64,000 nucleotides of DNA from Octopus sinensis. Its lineage: Eukaryota. The stretch is from assembly GCF_006345805.1 (NCBI RefSeq), contig NC_043006.1, positions 70,990,001 to 71,054,000 on the forward strand. Direction: 5' to 3'. The notes beneath the pieces are model-generated. The model was not told the origin of the DNA, did no database searches, and saw nothing but the letters and a program-made list of their open reading frames with translations. Shown here piece by piece: positions 13,501-25,400 of this stretch; position 1 is the first letter of the stretch; the number at the start of each line of letters is the position of its first letter. The position numbers and the translations under genes are program-made.

Positions 13501-16500
13501 AGTGACTGTAGTAAGTAGCTTGCTTCCCAACTACATGGTCATGGGTTCAGTCGTACTGCGTGGCACCTTGGGCAAGTGTCTTCTACTATAGCCTCGGGTC
13601 GACCAAAGCCTTGTGAGTGGATTTGGTAGATGGAAAATGGAAGAAGCCCATCGTATGTGTGTGTGTGTGTGTAAATGTTTGTCTCCCCAATATCGCTTGA
13701 CAACCGATGCTGGTGTGTTTACATCCCCATAATTTAGCGGTTCAGCAAAATAGACTGATAGAATAAGTATTAAGCTGACAAAGAATAAGCTCTGGGGTCG
13801 ATTTGCTCGACTAAAGGTGTGGCTCCAGCATGGCCGCATGTCAAATGACTGAAACAAGTAAAAAGAAAGAATAAATACTGAAGCAAACCCTAACTATAAC
13901 ATCAGTTGTTAATTTCTACAATTAAACTTTACCTCATCACTGCATGTAGCAAACAGTGACTGGGACATCAAAGCTAGCACCTGTGGAAGATAACTTTTGT
14001 GCCAAATTTTAGCCTACATCAACTTAACTCTGATATGTAACTAACATTTCCTAACCATGTGTCATCCACACCCAACCTATACAACACACCAATTCCACAC
14101 AGACTCCATGAACAGCATCCTCAAATGGATGCTTTCCAGGCAACCTACATTAGCATGTCAAATAGGCATAAGATGAGAGGAGCATGTGCTTGCATCTGCC
14201 TATATATCAACCCATGCCAGCATAAGACAGATCATATATGTACACATACACAAATTGTTAAATAACATTCATCTTGTATGGCTAGGATGTGCTACTCTGA
14301 ATAAGACATGACCTGGCCTGTGGCAACTTCTCCCAATTCAGAGATATGGAAGAAAAATAAAAAAGAACTAAAAATGATGACACTTCTCGACCCTGCAGTA
14401 CAAAGTGGTACATTAATTTTGTCAGTCAGGGAAACTGATGCAAGCAGAATTATGTGCAGATAACAAACCCTTTCTGGGGTGGTTGTAAAATTAGAACTAC
14501 TACAGTTACATTGTCTGTAGCTCAGCCCCGTCAAGCTCAACCTGAAACTCACTTCTCATGGTACACAAGTTTATTTTTTGCTAAAATAAACCATGGTTAG
14601 TTTACAGAGAATATTAATCAACGGTGGAGAAGATAATAAACCCCAGTTTCTTAACCAAATCAAAGAACAGAAAATACAGATTTACCTTTCCTTTTCAATG
14701 TTTTTATTATCGAGCAATGCCTTCTGCAGTAAATAACCAGGAACCTTGTAAGCAGGGTTGCTCCAAGCTGACAACCAATAATAATAATATAAAGATGAAT
14801 TAGTTCACAGATTTAAGATCACCACAAAACTATTATGAAGAAACACATCAATAACAAGAAACACTGTTAGTTTTCTTTGTTGTTGCAAAGTATACTAGTA
14901 TACTAGTTGATGTACTATGTTGTGTAAACATTCCAACATGGTTATCATCTTTCCAAATCTTGCGTTTCACACGGAATTTGTGACCCTGCAAAGTCAGCTT
15001 GGTGTATTAGTCAACATACTATTTTTTGGTGTAAATTTTGACCTGATATTTTACTTGTATACCAAGAAATATGGCAAGGCAAAAAATTGGTATAGTTGTT
15101 AGAGCAGTGGGTAGAATGCCTGAATATTTTGCAGAAATTTGTTCCAACTGTTCTGAGTTCAAATCCCACCAAGATCATTGGTTTGGTGCATTTTTATTGA
15201 CCCCCTTCAAGGAAAGTGATAGAGTGGCAGAATTAGCGAGTTGGGCAAGAAACCTTGAGGCTAGCAATGACAGATACCTTGAGACATTGGTAATGATACT
15301 GGTACCAAGCTGTGGAAGTCCAAGTTGGTGACCTTTCCCTCAAATAACAGTGATATGGAGAGGAGAAAATTGCAAGCATAAGCAATTGCAACATTTCTCC
15401 CAAAACCTCCAGCCCAACCCTGTACATATGTGTAGATACATGATTGGATTTGACTGACAGATGTCCTGTATGCGTGCATTGGACGGCAAAGAGCAATAGC
15501 ATGTAGCAAAATGCTGTTCTGTGACAGACCAGTTCAAGTCGTGCCAGCAAGGAAAATAGCAGTAAAACAATGATAATAACAAATATAATGCACTCATTAC
15601 CTGTTTTGGTAGATTTTTCATTTATCATCATCATAACTATCATCACCATTTAACATTTGTTTTCCATGCTGGTATGGGTTGGCCAGTTTAAGAGGATGGG
15701 GGTGAGTCAAAGGACTGCACCAAGCTCTTATGTCTGCTTTGGCATCGTTTCTATGGTTAGTGGCCCTTGCTAACACCAGCCATTTTATAGAGTGAAATGG
15801 GTGCTTTTATATGATACCAGCACAAGTGAAGGTGCTAAATAACTTGCAAAACAAGACCCTTCTCAACTGAGTGGGGTGGCTTTGTGCCAGGTGACAAGGG
15901 GTTCAAGTACAATACAGGGACAGATTATTACTTCAAAACAGACACACAATACATGACATTTTGTAACCTTTTTGTTACCAACCCAGCTAAAACTGTCTCT
16001 GGCTCTGAGTATAAATGTCTTGTTTTCATATGTTTTGAATTAAAATCTTCCACCAAACCATAGTCACAATTTATGTTTCTAACACCAGCTTAATGATAAC
16101 TAAGTTATTCTACTAAATTCTTTGTTATATTTAAAGTAATTGAAAGAAACACAGAGCATTTCAAAATAAATATAGTAATGAAAGGGTTAAGGCTGGAATT
16201 GATGAATTTGCAGTCAGTAGTCCAAAACAGTAATTTTATATCCATCATAACTCCCCTCAATACATACACAGATACACTAAAGGAAAGGAACTTGAAGAAA
16301 CACAAAAATGTCCAGAAAAGACAATAGAGAAGCAGGAGAAAACATCAATATAGTTAAAAATTGTAAAACAGCACAGGAGAGAATTTCAAGTCAACTAGAG
16401 TTACATGTTTCCTACTCCCTATCATTTGATAATTCTACTCACCTGAGGGTGGCCGGTGGGAGGTTTTACGGTAAAACAGCATATAAGCACTTTCGCGACC

Positions 16501-19500
16501 CATAAACTGTTTCTCAATGTCAGCTTCATTGATGGGGCTCACATCAGAGTCATCAAAATCAAACCAACCACTGCAGGGTTTCCTGGTTGGTACAGCAGGG
16601 GTATCAGGTACAGGAGCTTCTGGTCCTTGTGGGGGTGAAACACTGACAAAAAAAAAAAAGATATTTCTCTATCACATGATGTGTTAGTGTGTGTGTATAA
16701 AAAATAAGTGCTGAGCTCTAACTGTGGAGGGTACCTGTAGAAGGAGTAGACCTAGGAAGACATGGGATGAAGTGGTAAGAAAGGATCTTCAGACACTAGG
16801 CCCCAATGAGGAAATGACAAGGGACCAGGAGATGTGGCAGTTTGCTGTACTTGATAAGACACATCAAGCTAAGTAAAATCGTTATCTTCCACATATACAG
16901 GATTGTCCTTTCAGGTGCCAGTGTCACATAAAAATGAACCCATGCTGGTGGCACGTAAAAAGCACCCAGCACACTCATAAGTGGTTGGCATTGGGAAGGG
17001 CATCCAGCCAGAGAAACCATGCCACAACAAATAATAAGAGTCTAGACTGCTCCATGTCAAACAGTCCAACCCATGCCAGCATGGAAAGAGAGGGCTAAAC
17101 AATGATGGTATATATAAAAGTGTTAGTAAATATACACACATACACATGCATGAGCACATTCGCATTGACATGCACACGCAGATATACAAAGACATGAGTG
17201 CCACTGACAGCGGATATAAGGTGTTGAAGGTGATGGCAAATATGAAAGTGTGTTGAAGATGAGGTATGGCAGTCATATGATGTAGTTCAGAGAAGAGAGA
17301 GATATTGGGAGACACAGAAAGAGGTGATCAATGAAAAATAAAGTGGGAAGCGATGATACTGAGAATGAGTAATCTATATATATAAAGCTGAAGTTGTCTT
17401 CGTATGGCAGGTTTGGTAACCTTCAACTAACACTATCTCCTCCAAGACCCTGCGGCGCAAGTTGACCAAAATTGAGAGTATGATAGAAGAAGGCTTGCTC
17501 TTCCTTCTGTAGAAGAAAAAATTCAAAAATGTTCACTTAAAGAGAATAACAAGCTACATAATGCAAAATTTTTACTTTTCAAAAATTCCAATTCTAAAGG
17601 GTCGAAAAGAAAACAAGCCCGAGCAACGCTGGGCTATACTGCTAGTGAATGTTAAAAGCAAGTGGATCCAAGGAGGCGGGGGAAGGTATGTAGCTGCACA
17701 AAGGGAATGAAATATGTGCAGATTCTGCTGTCACAGGATTGCAGCAGCTGAATGATGCCATTATTATGAGTGATAAATGCATGGGTGTTGGGAAGATGAG
17801 ATGTGGGGAAAGCTTGACGGAGACAGATTGGGTGCAGGGGCAGGGCCTGGTAGGTGTACAGACATAAACATAATGGTAATGATTAGCAACAAGAAGGGCA
17901 TCTAGCAGTGAAACAATGCTTCAATATGTATTCATCTAACCCATGCTAACATTGAGAAACAGACATAAAACAGACAAGTCAGCAAACTCACACAACCTCT
18001 TTATGGTTGCTCAACCTGTTACAAATAAAATTCCATCCAAATCACACACAGTCCTTTGAAAATAATATATTAGATAACTTAGTTATCTAATTTATTATCA
18101 TTATTTAACATCCATTTTTCATGCTGGCATATACTGGACGGATTGACAGTAGCTGGTTGCACCAGGCTCCAATTGTCTGTTTTGACATGGTTTCTACAGC
18201 TGAATGCCCTTCCTAATGCAAACCACTTTACAGGATATATTTGTTGCTTTTTATGTGGCACTAGCACCCATACTTTATATATGGCACCAGACATCAATTT
18301 TAGTTATACAAAAATGGAACGATCATAACTGGAACCCTTGTGATTATATATATATATATATACATACATGCTAGATCAGAGCTGATTTAGAGGTTAGACA
18401 GTATCACCACCAATACACACAGTCCTCAGTAGCAGGGAAATGGTAATGATAGACACTTACTCAGAATTGGAACTAAGACCGGTGTTCAGTGTAGTCTGAG
18501 TCCCCTCAGCTGACTGTGACTTCTTGGGTAGAGAGGCACTGAAATCAGAGGAGCTGGTTGTGTATCCATTAGTTTGTAGAAACTCAGATTGTGAGTCATT
18601 GCTTGAGAGTGGGCTGGAGACCAGGGAGACAGAAGTGTTGTCTGCATTGAAATCAAACTTATCGGAATGGGAATGCAGGAACTGAAAACAAGAATGAAAA
18701 AAATTTTAATTTCTAACACAGATATTGTGGTAGTGGTGGTGGTGGTGGGAAGCTTAGCTGACTAAATTGAGCTCAGTTTTGACTGACATTTAATTAACTT
18801 TAAAGGGATAAAAGAAAGTTGACCCCTGTTACATTTGAACCCAGAATGTAAAGTAGCAGAACAAATACTCTGAGATATTTTGTCCAATGCTCTAATGATT
18901 TTGCCAAATAATAAAGATTCCTTTTATTGCTACAGCTCTCATCCAGAGCTTCAAATTTGAAGAAAATGATATTAAATATGCTAAAATAATTTTTAAAAAA
19001 AACAGCATAAGCTATGTACATGTATTTCCACCTGGTTATATATACCTTTGTGAGTGAGTGAGGGAGGGAGGGAGGGAGAAAATAGTGTACAAACCTGAGT
19101 TATAGGTCCATGTTGTTTCTTGAAATGTTTGTTCCAGGAAACACCTGAATATTTTACAAACTCCTGTAACAGAAAAACAAGATGAGAAATAGAAAAATCT
19201 GTAAAATAATTCAGAGTGGTTTCGACAGATAATATGCACAGTTATGGGTACAGATTAGGTATTCAGTGGTTAATGTATACAGTGTAGGCACTGGATAGCT
19301 TATATAGTCAGTGGTACATAATGTAGGGAAGGAGAGAAGGAATGAAAAGATGGATGGATGACAGAGATATAAAGTGTGCTTGTGCATATATATATATAAT
19401 CTTTTATTGTTTCAGTCATTTAACTGCATCCATGCTGGAGCACCACCTTAAGTCAAGCAAATCAACCCCAGGACTTATTATTTGTAAACCTTAGGAATGA

Positions 19501-22361
19501 GAACCCAGGTTCGAAAATTCCCCAAGACACCTGATGAAGGCTGGAGGGTATATCAGCCAAAACATTGTGTTAACAAACAAGATGAGAACAAATATCCATC
19601 AAATGTAAATGTAAATAATTTACATAATTCCTCATCTCTTAAATATAGAACTGTATAAATGACAGAATCTCCCATTAAACATGAAGTATAAGTGTTTGGT
19701 CTTTGCTGGACAAACTGCACAAATGATATTTATAGTATGTGTTGTACATTAGCTCACTCCATCCATCCATCAAATTGACATTGCTTGTACAGGCATACAG
19801 GTGTGCCACATGTCAGAAGTCGAAATGATCATAGAGCAACGTGGTTTAGCTGGCTGAAACTTCGAAGTCACTGTCAATAATGTTCTTGCTTAAGAATTTA
19901 TATTTGTACTCTACAAAAGTACAGACTAACTCATCAGATTAATGTAAAATTGTTTTTATTATAACTGATCATAACATGTATTGCCTCTCTGTCACACTCT
20001 AACCTTTCATTATCTGACACAAGATCACCTCTTCTAATGCCACCTCCCCTTTCAAAGATACTGGTAACACATAAAAAGCATCCAGTTCACACTGTAAAGT
20101 GGTTGACATTTGGAAGGGCATCCAGTTGTAAAAGCCATGCCAAGACTGACCTTCCTTGGGCTGGTGCTACATAAAAAGCATTCAGTCCACTCTGCAGGGT
20201 GGTTGGTGTTAGGAAGGGCATCCAGCCATAAACATGATGCCAAAACAGACACAGAAGTTTGGTGCAGTTTTCTGCCTGGCCAGCTCCTATCACACCATCC
20301 AACCCATGCCAGCATGGAAAGCGGACATTAAACGATGATGATGATATATCCAAGAGTCAAACTAATACACTTCATTGTTCCCTCACCTGTCTTTGTCTTC
20401 TGGTTTCCATAAATTTGATCTATATATATATATATTCATGTCAGAGGTATATAGTGTGAGTATTGCATGGTTTACAGAGTCTTATAGGATAGATACCAAA
20501 TGGTTTATATGGAGAGAAAGATAGTGTGTGTGTGTATGTTCGTGTAGTTAGAGGTATATGGAGTGGATACTGGAATGAAGAGCTTTTATAAAGACTGATA
20601 CGTCTATCAAACTCCACAGTAAACTGTTCAATCCACTGCCAACAAGAATCTCTATAATAATAATAATAGAGCACGTTAGTAATATGTGTGTTAGATAAAG
20701 GAAACTTACCATACAGAGTTTATCAACTGGTAGGGTATGATTGTCAGCCTTCAACAATATGTTCATCAACATTAAAGCAGGTCCTTCAGCTTTGTGGGAG
20801 TTAAATAGCCCTTGATAATTAACATCTTTCTGTTTGGTACTAACCAGGGCTGGACTAGAAGAGGACTGATGAACCACAACCTCCTTACACTACAAATGTA
20901 TAAAATAAATATATACATACATATAACAATAGGTAAAAGGGATTAATAAATCCAGGCAGATATCAAAACGAACTTAGTTAATTATTTACATTTGACCACC
21001 TTGTTTGTTGTTAACACAACGTTTTGGCTGATATACTCTCCAGCCTTCTTCAGGTGTCATAGGAAAGTTTCAAACCTGGGTTCTCATTCCTAAGGTATTT
21101 TTCAATGTTATTATTATTTAGGTCACTGCCTGGAATCGAACTCAGTATCTTGGGGTTAGTAGCCTGCGCTCTTAACCACTACACCATATGCGGGCTACTA
21201 ACTCCAAGATTCCAAGTTCGATTCCAGACAGTGACCTGAACAACAACAAAAACGGCAGCGTCGACAACGAAAAATACCTTAGGAATGAGAACCCAAGTTC
21301 AAAACTTGAAGAAGGCTGGAGAGTATATCAGCCAAAACATTAACAACAAACAACATGAATACAAATATTCGTCAAATGGAAACAATGTACATGATAATGA
21401 TGATGAATTCCTCATCTCTCAAATATATAAAACTGAACTTGGTTAACTATATCAAACAATCAGATACCAATAAATTCAAATAGAATTAACATCCAAGGTA
21501 ATTCTTCATTAATGACATTAATGTGGAAGTGTTGAAGAAGATGAAAATGAAAAAACAATTGATGGATACTATCAGAGAGAGACAATGGAGAGTTGTTGGT
21601 CATTTTCTCAGAAAGGATGACGGAATGGAGCATTACATGGTGGAGACTGAGCTAGTGGGAAGGAGAGCGAGAGGAAGGCAGAGAATGAAGATGTTCGACT
21701 GGATGAAGAAGAGAATGAACGTGCAGAGTGAGAAAGACCAGAGTGATGTTGCGAGAGACAGAAATAAATGGAGGAGGAACAAGCCATGATTTGTCAATGG
21801 CATGAATATGCCATGACACAAAGAGAAGAATGATAAGTAAATCAAAATATCGCATAGAAGAATTACAAGAAATCTGGAATATATGACAACATGAATAAGA
21901 ATGGAGAAAATCACATCTTTAATGGTTGATTACCCTAGACTTCACCTTACTGGGGAACAACAACAGCCTAGCATGGTTACCTAGTGAGATTAACATGAGA
22001 AGGGGTTTCAGAAGATCATTGAAGTAGCTCCAACACACACATACACATCTAGCAATGAACTTACCGTTTCTGTCCAAGTACCAAGCCCATCAATGTCTTT
22101 GATATAAGCATGGTAGTGGCCACCATGGGTACTGCCTCGATGAATAACTAAGGAAAACAGTTCATATTCAGAACTATCATCAGAGGAGGGCTGAAAATAT
22201 AATAATAATAATAATAATAAGGCTTCAAATTTTGGCTAAAAGTCGGTAATTTTAGGCAGGGGATTCCAGTGTTCTAATTTTATCTACCATGAACATAAAG
22301 CTGAAAGGAATGTCACTAAACAGTTTTGCCTGATGTGCTAATGATTCTGCCAGCTTGTTGC

Positions 22362-22392
<31 letters not shown>

Positions 22393-22403
22393 TAATAATA
22401 ATA

Positions 22404-22448
<45 letters not shown>

Positions 22449-25400
22449 TCTTTACTACCCACAAGGGGCTAAACATAGAGAGGACAAACAAGGACAGACA
22501 AATGGATTAAGTCGATTACATCGACCCCAATGAACTGGTACTTAATTTATCGATCCCGAAAGGGTGAAAGGCAAAGTCGACCTTGGCGGAATTTGAACTC
22601 AGAACCAAACAGCAGAACCTAATAACAATAATAATCTTTTCTACTAAAGGCACAAGGACTGAAATTTTTAGGGAAGGGACTAGTCGATTACATTGACCCC
22701 AATGTTTCACTGATACTTAATTTATCAACCCCGAAAGGAAGAAAGGCAAAGTCAACTTTAGTGGAATTTGAACTCAGAACGTAAAGGCGGACAAAATGCT
22801 GCTAAGCATCTTGCCAGGCATGCTAACTATTCTATCAATTCACCGCCTTAATAATAATAATAATAATAATAAATCATAATAATGATAATCATCCTTTATA
22901 AAGGCCTGAAATTTTGGGGTATGGGGCTTGTCAATTACACCAACACCCACTGCTCAACTGGCACTTATTTCATTGACCCCAAAAGGATGAAAGGCCAAAT
23001 CAATCTTGGTAGCATGTGAACTCAGAACATAAAGCCGGAAGGAATGTTGCTAAGTATTTTGTCCAATGTGCTAATGATTCTGTGAACTCACCACCTTAAT
23101 AATAGCAATAAGGATTTCTTACATAGATTTGAGGTCTCAAATTTGGGAAAGAGAAGAATTGAGGAAGAAGGCCTTAAACTGGGTGATGGGTTAGTTAATT
23201 AAATCAACCCAGTAATTGACTAGTAATTTTGTTTTATCAATCTTGGATGAAAGGCAAAGTTGATTTCTGTGAGGTTTAAAACAAACTGTAAAGAATTGGA
23301 ACAAATATAGCAAGACAATCCAAGGTTCTGACAATTTGTCAATCTGTATTGTGCATAAAAAAAGATATTGTCAATTAATTCTTGTATTCAAAGTTGAATG
23401 TGATACTTACTGAGTCCACAAAAGCTGACATGTCAATGAATTTCGGAAAAGTGAATTTGCCAGTTTCCTGAGGGAGACAAAATTTTTAAAATTGATCCAG
23501 AAAAATATATAGAAGTGAAATAAAATAATTGTGTTAATTTTTTTTTTTTTTAATTTTAATTTTTCAGAATATTTTTACAAACCAAACATTTTTTTCATGG
23601 TGGATAAGAATATGGTTAGCATTTGTGAAGGGTTAAAAAATGGTTCCTAATCTGAATCTAATTCCTCACAATGGTACAAGTCTGAGAAGAAGACTTTCAA
23701 CAACCAAGGATTAAATTGATTGCAATATAGAGGAGACATAAATATTAGAGGTAGGCTCTCTGGTTGGTTTGTAACAATATGGTTAGGGGTTCAGTCCTAC
23801 TGCATGGCATCTTGAGCAAGTTTTCACTACAGCCTCAAGTTGACCAATGCCCTGTGAGTGAATATGGTGGATAGAAAATGTACAAAAGTGTGTGGGTGCA
23901 TGCATGTGTGTGTGTGTGTGTGTATGTGTCTTCCAACAGTTCAGCTAGTGGTGACAATGTTTACATTACATCCGAAGAAGTAGTTTGTATGAAGTTGTCA
24001 AATAATGTACCTTACTTAAACAAACAAGTGAAGGTCAGCACCAAGAGAGCTATCCAATCATGGAATATAATCTCAACAAGTTTCATCCAATCCATGGAAA
24101 GAAGTGGACATAGAGCAATGAGAATGAGGATGAGATATTCATCTCTAAAATATGAGGTTAATAGTCAACAAAATTAATACTAACTCGTGTCAGATATTTA
24201 AATGCAACAACATAACAATACTAAAATTTAAAAACACAAATACAAATGTGAAAAGCACCCACTATACTCTATAAAGTGGTTGATGTTAGGAAGGGTACCA
24301 ACTATAAAAATCTGTGACTTGACTTTACGCCCAATGTCACTTTGTCCACACCTTTTCGTCCAATGATTTTTTTGTCCAACTCTTTAGAAAACAAGGTGAA
24401 ATATCCCATATATTCACAGAACTATAATGAGCCTCGTTATAGGATTGTTGTTATCGTTCTAACAGTTTTACTTCCTTTTTTTTCCTTCTCTCTCTTAAGT
24501 ACAGTGTGGTGTATAGAGAGTGCTGACTTTTTTTAAATACATTTTTCCACAGTATTTTACTTAAATCCTATCAATAAAATTCTCAATGATTATTTGATTT
24601 TGATGTTTACCTTGTTTTCTGAAGAGTTTATTTAAAATTGGACAAAAAAATCAGACAAAAAGACATCAGATGAAAAGATGTGGACAATGTGAAGCCGGAT
24701 GAAAAACCCTAGCATCATAAAAATCATGCCAAAGCAGATTGCTTGGTGCAATCCTCTAGCTTGCCCTTGTCAATCTGTTCAATCAAGCATAGAAATCGTC
24801 ATTTAATGTCCATTTTCCATGGACAGTTTGACAGGAACTGGCAAGCCACAGAGCTACATTACATTCCATGCCAGCATTGGCATGGTTTCTATGGCTGGAT
24901 GTCCTTTCTAATCTCTAATATTTTAGTGTGTACTGGCTGCTTTTTCTCATGCCACTGGCAAGAAAGGAGAAAAAGCCTCCTCCACTAAGTGTTGGAAGAA
25001 ATATTTGAGAAGAAGGTGGAGGGGGGTTAAGCAAGGAACAAGTACAGGAGTCTTGCTATAGAGAAGATACTCTGCATTAGATAAGGGTGAGAGGGAGTAG
25101 CTAGGAAGAAGATAGTGATGGAGTGCCAGAACAAATCCTCAAGGAGCAAAAGAGGTTAAGGAACAGTAGATCAAGAGGGGTAGTGGGGGAGACTTGTGAT
25201 GATGATGATAAAAACAACAAAGTAGAATGAAACAAATGAACTTAACGAACCAACAAAAAATGAAAATCTGTGACTCACCTTAAAGCGTTGCATTTTAACA
25301 AAATCATAACTGAATCGAAGCAGAGAAAAACTCATGATAGGAGGAAGGGAACGTAATTTGGCACCCTGGAAATAAGAATAGGTTTTGGAACAGTTGATAA

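Noticed and set aside
13494-13570. tRNA-like sequences as tRNA genes (all SINE heads)
   Set aside because: No complete cloverleaf or acceptor stem; each continues into a SINE body.
14290-14620. Possible hAT transposase fragment (EFQVEL...) and an RT-like stretch at 15230-15560
   Set aside because: Motif similarity too weak to support without a search.
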